Source: a virus
Taxonomy: Duplodnaviria; Caudoviricetes
Reading direction: 5' to 3' (one strand)
DNA length: 64,000 nt
IMG/VR virus record: IMGVR_UViG_3300009078_000003
Location: 90 to 64,089 of that record
In this document: positions 38,233-47,684 of the stretch, piece by piece
Position numbering within the stretch: position 1 is the stretch's first letter
How the letters are laid out: each line of letters starts with the position of its first letter
Notes under the pieces: model-generated
Database searches by the model: none
What the model saw: only the letters and a program-made list of their open reading frames with translations
Told to the model about the DNA's origin: nothing
Made by a program: the position numbers and the translations under genes

Positions 38233-39720
38233 TTAGTGAGTTGTGTCCGGATGGCTCTGGCCTACATAGCCCAACATCCTGTCAACCATAGCATCACTGT
38301 CTAATTTCTCGTGGGAACTTCCCCCTTCTACACTCCTTCCCAAGAGAGAGAAACCTTGCACGTCCTCCTGGGAAACGTGAGACCCCCAATCCTTTATCTC
38401 AGCCTTAACAGCCTCAGTAAAGGCTTCAACATTGAAGCCCCCGTCTTCCCCCATGAAAGATGCCCGCTGAACATGCTTTTGAACCTTTGCATGTAACCAT
38501 TCTGGCAAACCACTGTTGGCCAACTCAGATTTCCAGATACTGGCAGCTTTAAAATTCATAGCTTCCTCTTCTCTGAGGACATCCTTCTTCTCCAAAGCCA
38601 GGACTCTGGCCTCGGTTGTCTGCAAAGTCACAGTGAGGGTTTCTTTTTCGGCTGCCAAAGAAGAAATTTCACCATCTTTCCCAGCGAGCTTGCTTGTAAA
38701 GGCGTCTTCCAGCTCCTTAGCTGCCGCCTCTTTGGCCTCAGCCATCAGAGCCTCATACTCCTCTGGGGACTCTTCTTTAAGCTTTTCAAGATCCATACCG
38801 AATACCTCCATTTTGTCATTTGTTAATTCTTGTTCCTCAACCGTCCTGATACTTTCTACTTCCATATCCAAGTGCTGGCCATTGTCTGAGAAGACCTGCG
38901 CTATGGTCTTATCATCATAACCGAAAACACATATTGAACATTCCATATATTCTGTCTTCCTCCAGACAGTCCCTGGTCCCTTAAGAGTCAGGCCATTAAC
39001 TTTTACAGACTGACCCTCAGCGATCTTTTCTATAACCAGGGGCTTACCATAAATGGACGCCTGGTAAGGAAAACCTTTAAAAGCATTTTCAACAAATTTA
39101 ACGGCCTCTTCATTTTCCAGAAGGGTAGCATTTTTGTTTGTAAATACCAGACCTTTCCCAGCCTCTACAGCAGGCTTCTTGGAAAAGCCAATCTCCCGGT
39201 TGGTGTCATGGTCCCTCAGAATAGGATACTTCGGCTTGTTAAAAAGGAAACCAGCCAGGTCTATGGCCAGATTACCCCAGTACCAATGGTTCTTTATAAT
39301 ACCCCCGGAGTAACCTATCATAGAAAAGTTATAGCTGGCACCCTCTCCCTCTTCCTTCTTAAACAGACACTCATGAATCTCAGGGTCCATAATGTGTAGA
39401 GCATTAATCCCTACATTAAGGGTCTCCATATCTATCTGCTGTTTCTTTTTGTCTTCGCCCATCCCAATATCCTTTGCATGTTTATTTATGTGTGAGCTGA
39501 CCTTTGTAGAAGCCTTCTTTCCTGACCGGGCTCCGCCAGCCGCCGACCTAGCTGCAGCAAGTCCTCCCCTGTGCAGGTACATCACCCCACCAGAAATCCA
39601 GTGGTGCGGGTATTTTCTGTTTTTGCTATCTGCAAACGCACTGTCAGGTAACTTTGTTTTGTCCACAGATCCCCATGAGGGTTCTTTCTTTGCCACCTTT
39701 GAAGTGTGTGCGTATGCCAT
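38233..39720 (-). CDS. Prohead protease/scaffold fusion with basic N-terminal domain
   Basis: IDLAG...PILRDHD...IG, FPYQASI, ECSICVFGYD; acidic coiled-coil C-terminus. Confidence 0.8.
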   Translation of the reverse strand: MAYAHTSKVAKKEPSWGSVDKTKLPDSAFADSKNRKYPHHWISGGVMYLHRGGLAAARSAAGGARSGKKASTKVSSHINKHAKDIGMGEDKKKQQIDMETLNVGINALHIMDPEIHECLFKKEEGEGASYNFSMIGYSGGIIKNHWYWGNLAIDLAGFLFNKPKYPILRDHDTNREIGFSKKPAVEAGKGLVFTNKNATLLENEEAVKFVENAFKGFPYQASIYGKPLVIEKIAEGQSVKVNGLTLKGPGTVWRKTEYMECSICVFGYDDKTIAQVFSDNGQHLDMEVESIRTVEEQELTNDKMEVFGMDLEKLKEESPEEYEALMAEAKEAAAKELEDAFTSKLAGKDGEISSLAAEKETLTVTLQTTEARVLALEKKDVLREEEAMNFKAASIWKSELANSGLPEWLHAKVQKHVQRASFMGEDGGFNVEAFTEAVKAEIKDWGSHVSQEDVQGFSLLGRSVEGGSSHEKLDSDAMVDRMLGYVGQSHPDTTH

Positions 39721-39723
39721 AAG

Positions 39724-41358
39724 CTAATCCTCCTCATCTCCAGAAGGTTTCTCTTCCTTCTCTTCCTTCTTCTTCTTCTTTGGTTCAGCAGCAGACTCCG
39801 CCTCTCCTGTTACTAGAGTCGGGGGGAGATTAAGCTCCTCCTCCGCTGCCTCATATCTCAATTTCCTGTAATTACTGAAACCCAACTTCTGAGCAACCGC
39901 CTTTTTAGATATCCCCAAAGTCTCAACCACTGAACCATGCTTAACACCCAAAAGAGACTTTGTAGATCCTTCCATATTAGAGATCTCAGACTGTGGAAAA
40001 CTGACCTCCACAAGTTTGTGCGGGGATTTCCGAACCCATCTGGTAATAGGTTCCTTCTTCTTATTAAAACCTATGACCTCCTGCACCCTGAACTTGTCCG
40101 GGAAGCCTGTCGCAGCAGAGTGTAAGAAAAATATAGCTCTCCAGAAATCCAGAAGCAGAAATCTCTTAAAATAAGAAAGGTCATCCTGAAGCCTGTCAGC
40201 CTGCGGCCCTCTGGTTGCCTTTATACCTGCAAAGGTGGTCCCGGAGGACACCCCGGTAATCATATCCTCTGGCCGGTTCAGTCCTGATACAGCCATCCGC
40301 ATAATATCAGTGTCCGCCCCAGATATGTTTGTAAGCTGTGGGTTAATACATTGGAGCTTCATACCCGGAGGGACTACCAAAGTACCACCTGGGGTTTTCT
40401 TGGCCATCAACCCAGTCTCAGCCTTTTCGTCTGTGGACAGAGCCATCCAAGTTCTAAAAGCCCGCATATCCTCAAACATAGCCACCCACAAATAAGCCCC
40501 TGAAGACTTTTTGTGGTCAATTTCATATTTCTTTAAAGTTTCATAGTGGTTAAGCCATTCTATAGTAGTCCTTATGTGGGACACGTTGCGAGGGGTAAGG
40601 TACCCTTTATTCCAGGAGACTATGAAGGTGTTGAAACCCCCAAAGGCGCTATAAGGCTTCCCTGCTTTCTTGGAGTATTTTACATTTCTGCCTGTCAAAC
40701 TCTGGTGGCCCTTTATCAAATCATAAAGACCGGGGTAATAAGCCAGGTAGATAGAAGGGTAAGCATGCACCTCTGTACCATGAGCTGTGCTGACATTAAA
40801 CAGGTACATTAAAGGCATAGTAGGCTTTTTGGGATGGAAAACTATCCCACTGTTCCTGTCCCCTCCCCCCCGCAAAGAGGAGGGGTCAGCAAAATCCACC
40901 TCGACAAACCCATCCTGGTGCAGAGTTACAGGCAGGAATAGTTCCCCTTCCACCTCAGACCTGGCAACGTACTTTGTAAGATTGACCATGAGGCTGTTCC
41001 GGGGGTCATCTATTATGAGGTCAAGTACATCGTTTATTTCAACTATTTCTGAGGAGAAACCAAAACCAAAACCAGTAAGATTACCAGCGTAATCCCTTAC
41101 GTAGGAGTTTATCTGTGGATTCCGGACGAACTTAGTCCAGCATTGTTTTTGAAGAAGGTGAAAAGAAGAAAAATCAGTTGCGGAGGCTAGTAAGGGAAAG
41201 CCATCTTCATCAACACTGTCTTTCCCCACATCTATGGTCTCCCCGATGAATGGGTTTACAGCAAAGGCCAACCGCTGCAGGACCTCATCAGGGATATCTG
41301 CTACTTCCTCCTCCATACCAGTGAACAACTTGGCAATATCTATAACCTTACTTCCCAT
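39724..41358 (-). CDS. Portal protein
   Basis: ~545 aa between terminase and protease; NPQ, VEGELF, PGGTLVVPPG. Confidence 0.75.
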   Translation of the reverse strand: MGSKVIDIAKLFTGMEEEVADIPDEVLQRLAFAVNPFIGETIDVGKDSVDEDGFPLLASATDFSSFHLLQKQCWTKFVRNPQINSYVRDYAGNLTGFGFGFSSEIVEINDVLDLIIDDPRNSLMVNLTKYVARSEVEGELFLPVTLHQDGFVEVDFADPSSLRGGGDRNSGIVFHPKKPTMPLMYLFNVSTAHGTEVHAYPSIYLAYYPGLYDLIKGHQSLTGRNVKYSKKAGKPYSAFGGFNTFIVSWNKGYLTPRNVSHIRTTIEWLNHYETLKKYEIDHKKSSGAYLWVAMFEDMRAFRTWMALSTDEKAETGLMAKKTPGGTLVVPPGMKLQCINPQLTNISGADTDIMRMAVSGLNRPEDMITGVSSGTTFAGIKATRGPQADRLQDDLSYFKRFLLLDFWRAIFFLHSAATGFPDKFRVQEVIGFNKKKEPITRWVRKSPHKLVEVSFPQSEISNMEGSTKSLLGVKHGSVVETLGISKKAVAQKLGFSNYRKLRYEAAEEELNLPPTLVTGEAESAAEPKKKKKEEKEEKPSGDEED

Positions 41359-41418
41359 GGGAGTACCCCCAATAATGTAGTACAACAAAGAAAAACAAAC
41401 TGTCAAGCATTATCTAAA

Positions 41419-41775
41419 TTATTTTAGCAATTCCCAGGTTCCATTAACTAAGGCTTCCACCTTTAAATTCTCGGGGAGCATCATCTCTGCCACAAGTTCC
41501 TCAAGAGTTTTCCCCTGAATAACCTCATCTGCCTTACGATTAAGCCACAACTTAAATTCCTGGTTACTAGCAAGATTCTTAAAAGCTTCTCTGATGTTGG
41601 ACTGCCTATCCCGATTAGACTGGCCTGTGACAACAACACCAGATTCAGAGTGTGTTATACGGACACAATTCTGGTGCTTGTTCCTGTATTGACCACCAGC
41701 ACCAGTACCGGAATAATAGTCTATTCTCAAATCTTTCTTAGTAACTGAAAACAGTAATTCTCTTTTGATGCTCAT
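41419..41775 (-). CDS. GGQ peptide chain release factor-domain protein (ArfB/RF-1 domain-like)
   Basis: YYSGTGAGGQYRNKHQNCVRITHSESG...RQSNIREAF; ATG overlaps tnpB stop (ATGA). Confidence 0.85.
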   Translation of the reverse strand: MSIKRELLFSVTKKDLRIDYYSGTGAGGQYRNKHQNCVRITHSESGVVVTGQSNRDRQSNIREAFKNLASNQEFKLWLNRKADEVIQGKTLEELVAEMMLPENLKVEALVNGTWELLK

Positions 41776-42839
41776 CGGGCACCGCCCGACGATTCCAGAA
41801 CTCCGAGGCTGCACCCCAGCCCAGACTTGAGAATTACTTTAGCCGCATTGACGTCGCGGTCGTGTTGCGCCCCACAAGCGCCACATTTCCAAGTCCTTAC
41901 AACAAGCCCGCTTAATCCAGTAGGTCCTGTTAAGGAACCACAAATTGAACAGGTCATGGTGGTGTATTTCGAATCAACCAAGACAACTTTTCTACTGTGC
42001 TGAGCACCCTTGTAGATAAGGAATTGTCTTAATTGAGAAATACCCGCGTCTGAAACCGACTTGCCAAATATTTTGGCTTGTCCACGCAGGTTATCGTTGG
42101 TGATGTAAATTTCTTTAAAGTTTTGAACTATTTGTCGAGAAACTTTATGGTTATAATCCTTCCGTCTACTTGAAATTCGTTCGTACAGTCTTGCAGCAAG
42201 TTTCTTTCTACCACCGCGTTGTGCTTGAGCAAGTCGTTTTTGTCCTTTGACAAACTCCCTGCCGTTGGAAAACTTCTTACCAGTGGATAGTATGGCTAAG
42301 TCTTTGAATCCAGTGTCAATACCGACTGCTTCGTCAGTGTTTTCAACTGGAAAAATGTGGACTGTATCAATACAGATCTGACAATACCAACCCAAGGCGC
42401 GCTTAACTATGCGAGCTTGCTTGATTGAACCTTCCGGCAAGTCTTGTTTGTAGAAACGAACACTTTTTAATCCAGGCAGAGAAATTCTATTTTCGGAAAT
42501 ACGCTTTCCATTTAGTGGGTCTGGAAAACAAATTGACCGCAGCTTGTTTCTAACGGACTTAAGTTTGGGTTGTTTAGAAACCTTCTTAAAACACCTCTCC
42601 CATGCATTATAAGCCTGAAGAATAGTAGCCTGTATTGTGTGAGAAGGAATGTCCAACTTTTTGGACACACCAGAGAGGCTGTTTTGGAAGGCTAACTTTC
42701 TGTGATAAATTTTGTCTTGCGCATCCAGCTCTATCTTTCGAGAAGCCCAATTATAAACACCAGTAAGACACCACAACCACTCGTTGAGTGTAGCTTCCTG
42801 TCTTTTTGTTGGTTTAAGTTTTAATTCTCTTACAAGCAT
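41772..42839 (-). CDS. tnpB: TnpB/IS605 OrfB-family RNA-guided nuclease homolog (no tnpA nearby)
   Basis: LKLKPT..Q...VYNW, VGIDTG.KDLA, YTTMTCSICG...WKCGACG..HDRDVNAA. Confidence 0.9.
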   Translation of the reverse strand: MLVRELKLKPTKRQEATLNEWLWCLTGVYNWASRKIELDAQDKIYHRKLAFQNSLSGVSKKLDIPSHTIQATILQAYNAWERCFKKVSKQPKLKSVRNKLRSICFPDPLNGKRISENRISLPGLKSVRFYKQDLPEGSIKQARIVKRALGWYCQICIDTVHIFPVENTDEAVGIDTGFKDLAILSTGKKFSNGREFVKGQKRLAQAQRGGRKKLAARLYERISSRRKDYNHKVSRQIVQNFKEIYITNDNLRGQAKIFGKSVSDAGISQLRQFLIYKGAQHSRKVVLVDSKYTTMTCSICGSLTGPTGLSGLVVRTWKCGACGAQHDRDVNAAKVILKSGLGCSLGVLESSGGAR

Positions 42840-43384
42840 TTTTGTCACTTCCAAAATCACCCACCCAAAAACTAGACTACTTTCTATGGATAAAGAACCC
42901 CTCTGACCCCTAATATGCCTGGATAGAAATTGACAACAAACCTTGAGGCTACCGAGCCTGAGAAAACAAAGAACTTTAAGAGTAAGAAGTTTTCAAAAGT
43001 AAGTTATCAAAAATGCTAAGCATAAACCTGGGCTGATGGATTCCGGCAGTATTAAAGGGTGTAGTGGTTTCTGTCATATTGTCAGCAGGAGTTTTTACGG
43101 TATACTCGAACCACCGGCCTGGTGTCTCACAAACACACATTCCCCAACAAGGAATGGGCCTCTCAGACACAGAGCTTTCTTCTCTCTCCAAGGAGGGTTC
43201 CTCTACCCTGCAGAGCTTCCGGTTCCTTTTTGCTGAAGCAGAGAAAAGAGAAGTTTCCAACTTTCGTATGGGGGAGGACATGTACCAGGTTTTATCCTTG
43301 AAAACCGCAGGTATTTGAAAGGTAGCCTGACTATCCCGGCCTGTACGGGGGGATAACTCGGCAGGAATAAATATGGTATTGCTC

Positions 43385-43413
43385 TTGACAACATGGGTAT
43401 CATGCTGTATTAT
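43385..43413 (+). promoter_or_regulatory. Sigma70-type promoter, antisense to late operon
   Basis: TTGACA-N17-TATTAT. Confidence 0.6.
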
Positions 43414-43419
43414 ATGCAC

Positions 43420-43570
43420 ATTGGCATATATACTGCTATTTTTCAACATGCTCTGCACCCAACAGAGTTGTTGCCAGCCGGGTCAGCTGGTGACAGAAAC
43501 CGTGGCCAGGATGAGAAATCGTCCTGGCTATTTTTGTTTTGGGGACCCTGCCCAAAACAAGCCTGTTTTT
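43420..43570 (+). ncRNA. Candidate structured small RNA
   Basis: Consecutive stems at 43451-43467, 43469-43495, 43503-43530 (GAAA tetraloop, followed by U-run) and 43534-43560; G-U pairs favour plus strand. Confidence 0.45.
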
Positions 43571-43653
43571 ATTCTTACAAAAAGAATCCATAAAGAGTTA
43601 TTTATTACATTTTAATTTAAAAAACAAGCATATTTTCTTAAAAAATATCCTGA

Positions 43654-45489
43654 TTAATATTTACCATAGACCGGCTCCCTGAAGAATTCCCCGAAGACCA
43701 TATTGGAGGATCTTGGTCTGAAGTTCTCCACAGTAAAGTTCTTCCCACTCCAGACCCCCCATCCCAGTGCAAAGACAGAGTCATCCTGTATCCCATACTT
43801 TTCATGTTTGTTCGGGGAACCATAGGTGCCCTTCCTGGGGTTGTAGTCGAAGTTCAGCACTTCTTCCTTGAGGATATCCCTTCCCCTGACTCCCGGCACC
43901 TTGATCTGGGGGACTTTGATCATCCCACCTTTATAAAGCTGGTACAGTTCTGTGAACGCTTCTTTCTGCCTGTTCGTGGTCGGGTTTATCGGGATAAATA
44001 AAATCTCATTATCTTCGCACCAGGTTGCCAGATCCCACAAACCCCACCGCTCTCCGCCGACCACGTCTATGCCGTCATATTCCGAGTGCACGCAGGACAG
44101 CTCCAGCTTTATGTCTTCCATCCCGGCTGAGGCTATGTGTGCCAGGTGGAGGATAAAGTAAACATAACTGTGCACACCAAGGTTAAGCATCATTGAAGGG
44201 TCAGACCTGCTGCCAGGCAGACCCTTGGCCATAGCAACAAGAATAGTCCTTGCTCCGGAAACTCTTTTCAATGGATCACTCCGGTCCAGGCCAACCAGGA
44301 TCGCCCAGTCAGTGTCATACAACCTGGTAAGCGCTTCCAGCTCCTGCTTGGTAGCCATCCTGGGGGTTTCTCCATCGCACAACTGATAAACATCGCTTAC
44401 TTTCCTCAAAGGAGTAGTAGCTGCCCTGATTCTGCCTTCCAGATCCTCTATGGCCATGGACTTGCCCCTTCTTTTAAGATCCAGGTTCCGGAGCCGGGCA
44501 ATGGTGTTCTTGCTCTTTACATAAGTTTTGAGTGCATTGATAACAGCTCCCTGCATCCCGAGGCTTTTGTCATACCCGATAATATTGGAAGCCAGGACCA
44601 GCTCCGGCTCTATCAGGTGGTGGGAGCCGGCAGACCATGTATTCCTGAAATACTGGTTGAACTCCTGAGCGGGGAACTTGGCCTGGTAAGAGTCAAGCTG
44701 CTGCTGTGTCATAGCCGGGTGCCAGAAATCCCGGTAGTCTGCCTCGGGGGAAGACCTGTGAGAGAAGAACAGGGTCGGGTCTTTCTTCTCCAGCCATAAC
44801 TTGTACAATCGAAACAGGATATGTTCCTTGCCGGAGACAGTGGTGTCTATAATTCCAAGGGCATTGGGAATATTCCGGATGCTCCCGTCCAGCTGGTAAA
44901 AGAACTTGGGGTTCTTGAGATCGAATATTTCAGAAAACGTATACCCGGTGATGTTGGACACAATTCCAGAGAAAGAAGATATGGACCGGATAGTGCTTTT
45001 GACAATGCCATCCTGATCCCTGAGCCGGATTTCCTTCTCCTGGATATTTTTCCTTCCGGTGATCCTCAGCAGTTTGGGGGAATTAAGAATAATATCCCTC
45101 ATAATGTCAAAGTGGACAAACTTAACCTGGTCCCTTGAATTAGCCCCGAGGGCAATCAGCTGTGCAGGGAAGTTATAAAACTTCCACAGCTGGACAAGGC
45201 AGGTAAGGAGAGATTTCCCTTCACCCCGTTCCCAGCAGAAAACTATCAACCGATGATTAAACTGACCGATCTCGTTAACCGCCAGGGCCTCCCTGACAAC
45301 CGTGCACATATTATCCCAGAAACTCTTCGGAGACCTGAGAGTTTCCGGATCAGGCCAATCCGGCAGATCTGATATGGGAGTCCAGACCGGGAGGACACTG
45401 TTACGGGTATAGACTGGTATGCAGACCTCATTCCGGCACCATTTGACAAACCCCTCCCCGCCAAACCGATACTCCTCTATTTTGCCCAT
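43654..45489 (-). CDS. terL: Terminase large subunit
   Basis: Walker A ERGEGKS, Walker B-like FSEIFD, nuclease VGLD...DDSVFA. Confidence 0.88.
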   Translation of the reverse strand: MGKIEEYRFGGEGFVKWCRNEVCIPVYTRNSVLPVWTPISDLPDWPDPETLRSPKSFWDNMCTVVREALAVNEIGQFNHRLIVFCWERGEGKSLLTCLVQLWKFYNFPAQLIALGANSRDQVKFVHFDIMRDIILNSPKLLRITGRKNIQEKEIRLRDQDGIVKSTIRSISSFSGIVSNITGYTFSEIFDLKNPKFFYQLDGSIRNIPNALGIIDTTVSGKEHILFRLYKLWLEKKDPTLFFSHRSSPEADYRDFWHPAMTQQQLDSYQAKFPAQEFNQYFRNTWSAGSHHLIEPELVLASNIIGYDKSLGMQGAVINALKTYVKSKNTIARLRNLDLKRRGKSMAIEDLEGRIRAATTPLRKVSDVYQLCDGETPRMATKQELEALTRLYDTDWAILVGLDRSDPLKRVSGARTILVAMAKGLPGSRSDPSMMLNLGVHSYVYFILHLAHIASAGMEDIKLELSCVHSEYDGIDVVGGERWGLWDLATWCEDNEILFIPINPTTNRQKEAFTELYQLYKGGMIKVPQIKVPGVRGRDILKEEVLNFDYNPRKGTYGSPNKHEKYGIQDDSVFALGWGVWSGKNFTVENFRPRSSNMVFGEFFREPVYGKY

Positions 45490-46028
45490 TTCCCACCCTT
45501 GACAAGACGGCTGACTCCAGGAGGCCGGCCCCTCCTCTTCTGCAGGGGCCTATCCACTGCAACCACCTCCTCAGGTATATCACCAGCAGCCCCGGCCTTT
45601 TCCATAAGCCGGTAATAATCCCCGGCATCACTGCCAGGAGTTTCCCGCTTTCCGCTGGCCTTTCTGGGAAGGGTCCTCAAAACCGCCTCAATGGAACGTA
45701 AGACCTCCCGCACCTCCCGGCCATGGGCAGAAGACTCATCCTTCATAAACTTCATCTTGGCAAGAAACAACTGGTTAAACAGGGGACAGAGCATAGTCCC
45801 GATCTTGAGCTGGGTAAGGCTGTCCCTGGACAAGGACCTTGTCAGCATGATCACAACCGACCGGATATATGTTTTCCTGAACCCACACTTCCCTACCTTG
45901 GGAAACAGACACTTATCATAAATTATGCACTTCTTCCCGGTACACTCAGGAACCCCTTCCCACAGAATCTGAACACCCCCGTAAGTATGACAGGGAGTTC
46001 CCATAAGCATGTTCTTTCTTCTATCCAT
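45477..46028 (-). CDS. Putative terminase small subunit (Cys-cluster N-terminus)
   Basis: Immediately upstream of terL; C..KKC.IYDKC...C; RRGRP tail. Confidence 0.5.
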   Translation of the reverse strand: MDRRKNMLMGTPCHTYGGVQILWEGVPECTGKKCIIYDKCLFPKVGKCGFRKTYIRSVVIMLTRSLSRDSLTQLKIGTMLCPLFNQLFLAKMKFMKDESSAHGREVREVLRSIEAVLRTLPRKASGKRETPGSDAGDYYRLMEKAGAAGDIPEEVVAVDRPLQKRRGRPPGVSRLVKGGKWAK

Positions 46029-46332
46029 AACCCCTCATTCCGGTACTCTTTTTCCTGAACTTCTCTACCCCCTTAATCTGCAGGATACCTTTTCGCACAG
46101 TAGCAGGATCCATATCAGCTATATCACACCAGAAAGAAAAATCCTTACTGAACCGATCTGCAAATATCCAGTTCTCCGCTTTGCTCCTTATATCAGCATT
46201 CCTGCGGATAAGGTCCTTAACCGCCCCGGCAATAACAGCAACAGCCAGCTTCTGACACTGTCTTACATTATCCTGCATAGTTTCAGTATAGAGATGCTGG
46301 TCCCCCTGTGCAAGTCTTTTTGCACAATTCAC
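46021..46332 (-). CDS. Hypothetical phage protein
   Basis: LA.AVI..AV.DL...AENWIF...F.FWC..AD.DP motif. Confidence 0.6.
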   Translation of the reverse strand: MNCAKRLAQGDQHLYTETMQDNVRQCQKLAVAVIAGAVKDLIRRNADIRSKAENWIFADRFSKDFSFWCDIADMDPATVRKGILQIKGVEKFRKKSTGMRGYG

Positions 46333-46371
46333 TAGTAAAACTTTATAAACAGGGTGTTTTACTAGTGAATT
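46326..46371. repeat. 16-bp perfect inverted repeat
   Basis: aattcactagtaaaac ... gttttactagtgaatt. Confidence 0.85.
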
Positions 46372-46443
46372 CTATCTGAAAATTCAGAATTATGAGTAGG
46401 CCCCCCTGTCTGAATCTGAGGGAAAAGCCCCATAGTAGATTTC

Positions 46444-46537
46444 CCCCTAGTGAATCCTGTCTAAAAAATCCGCAAAAATAAATGTGGAGAAAACCCCTAG
46501 TAAATCCCATCTAAAAAATCCGCAAAAACAATTGTGG
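46444..46537. repeat. Two ~44-bp imperfect direct repeats, 50-bp period
   Basis: cccctagtRaatcc..tctaaaaaatccgcaaaaa.aa.tgtgg twice. Confidence 0.85.
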
Positions 46538-46638
46538 TTGCGTCCCCTCCCGTTTAAAAAAAGGGTAGGTGTAAAAAAATAACTGGTATGGGGATCGCAC
46601 ATTGTAGGAAACATACCACAAAGGGAGGTATCAATTAT

Positions 46639-46731
46639 ATGTCAGTAGAATTCGGTTTGTTGGTCCTGATTAGCTTTTGTCTTGGAGTGCTTCTCTTAAT
46701 CGTATGGCATACTGCCAAGGCAATGCCATGA
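46639..46731 (+). CDS. 30-aa hydrophobic peptide
   Basis: GGAGG RBS; MSVEFGLLVLISFCLGVLLLIVWHTAKAMP; stop overlaps next ATG. Confidence 0.5.
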   Translation: MSVEFGLLVLISFCLGVLLLIVWHTAKAMP

Positions 46732-46922
46732 GTAGCAGCACGGTTACATACTATCGGTGGATTGAGGCCATGCGCAAGCGGGTAGCTACCTTAACGCTTA
46801 CATACAAGGACATGGCACAATTAGAAGAGATATCAAGGTCCAAAAAGCACAAATTTCAGATACCGGCGGATTATGTTCGAGCTGCTGTTATTTGCAGCAA
46901 TACGCTTAGTGGATTGCGATAG
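46728..46922 (+). CDS. Small hypothetical protein
   Basis: MSSSTVTYYRW...; ATGA-coupled to upstream peptide. Confidence 0.45.
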   Translation: MSSSTVTYYRWIEAMRKRVATLTLTYKDMAQLEEISRSKKHKFQIPADYVRAAVICSNTLSGLR

Positions 46923-47539
46923 TATCTATATATGTTAGTATGCAGTGTATTGTTGTACTGCATACAATAGATATATAAATACATACCTACATTGATATCC
47001 TATCAATATCAATAGTAGTAAGCTTGTACATGCTTGACAATCGTATATATCCGATTGTCAGTGCTTTGATTACAAGCTGCTGATAGCAAGTGCAAACAGA
47101 ATGCAGCAATCAACGCTTGCTATAATAACACAATGTTGATTAACTCATTAACCATATTAATTAGATAATGAGTTATGTTTGTTGTATAGTTTAGTTGTTA
47201 GATATAGTGCTATTGCAGCTTAATACTGACATATAGGTTATATTATAGATATCAATAGATATCGTGTTGCTATTGATTGCCAATATAGTTTATATGTATC
47301 CAGCTATAACTAATAACTTATCATTCTATGTGACACATGTAACTGCTAATTAATAGCTTATGTTTAAAATAAGTTTGTATCTCTTCATCCAATAAGAGGC
47401 TGGTTATATATATCAATACATATATGTTTGATAAACATGTAGTATTGCTTTATATAGGGCATTATCACTGTATCGTAATAAGAGATACAATAGTTTAGTG
47501 AGCTATTGTTTATGTGCTCTATTGTATAGACGTTTAGCT

Positions 47540-47655
47540 TGACCTTGGCCTTGGCTTGGCCTTATGGCTTGGCCTTATGGCTTGGCCTTGGCTTGGCCTT
47601 ATGGCTTGGCCTTGGCTTGGCCTTGGCTTGGCCTTATGGCTTGGCCTTGGCCTTA
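47540..47655. repeat. Tandem repeat of CCTTGG/CTTGG/CCTTATGG units
   Basis: Directly visible; about ten GGCC sites in ~115 bp. Confidence 0.9.
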
Positions 47656-47684
47656 ACGTCCAACAATATAGGAGTATATATATC

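Noticed and set aside
41419-41775. Stop-codon reassignment implied by a phage release factor
   Set aside because: Long genes are intact in the standard code and all three stops are used
41772-42860. Autonomous IS200/IS605 element or Cas12f CRISPR locus
   Set aside because: No tnpA, no recognisable end hairpins, no array nearby
42976-43615. Several 66-160 aa ORFs on both strands
   Set aside because: No convincing RBS or motif, mutually overlapping, mostly alternative starts; the region looks non-coding
237-46335. Numerous plus-strand ORFs (e.g. 7663-8469, 17825-18520, 23651-24355)
   Set aside because: Antisense shadows of well-supported minus-strand genes
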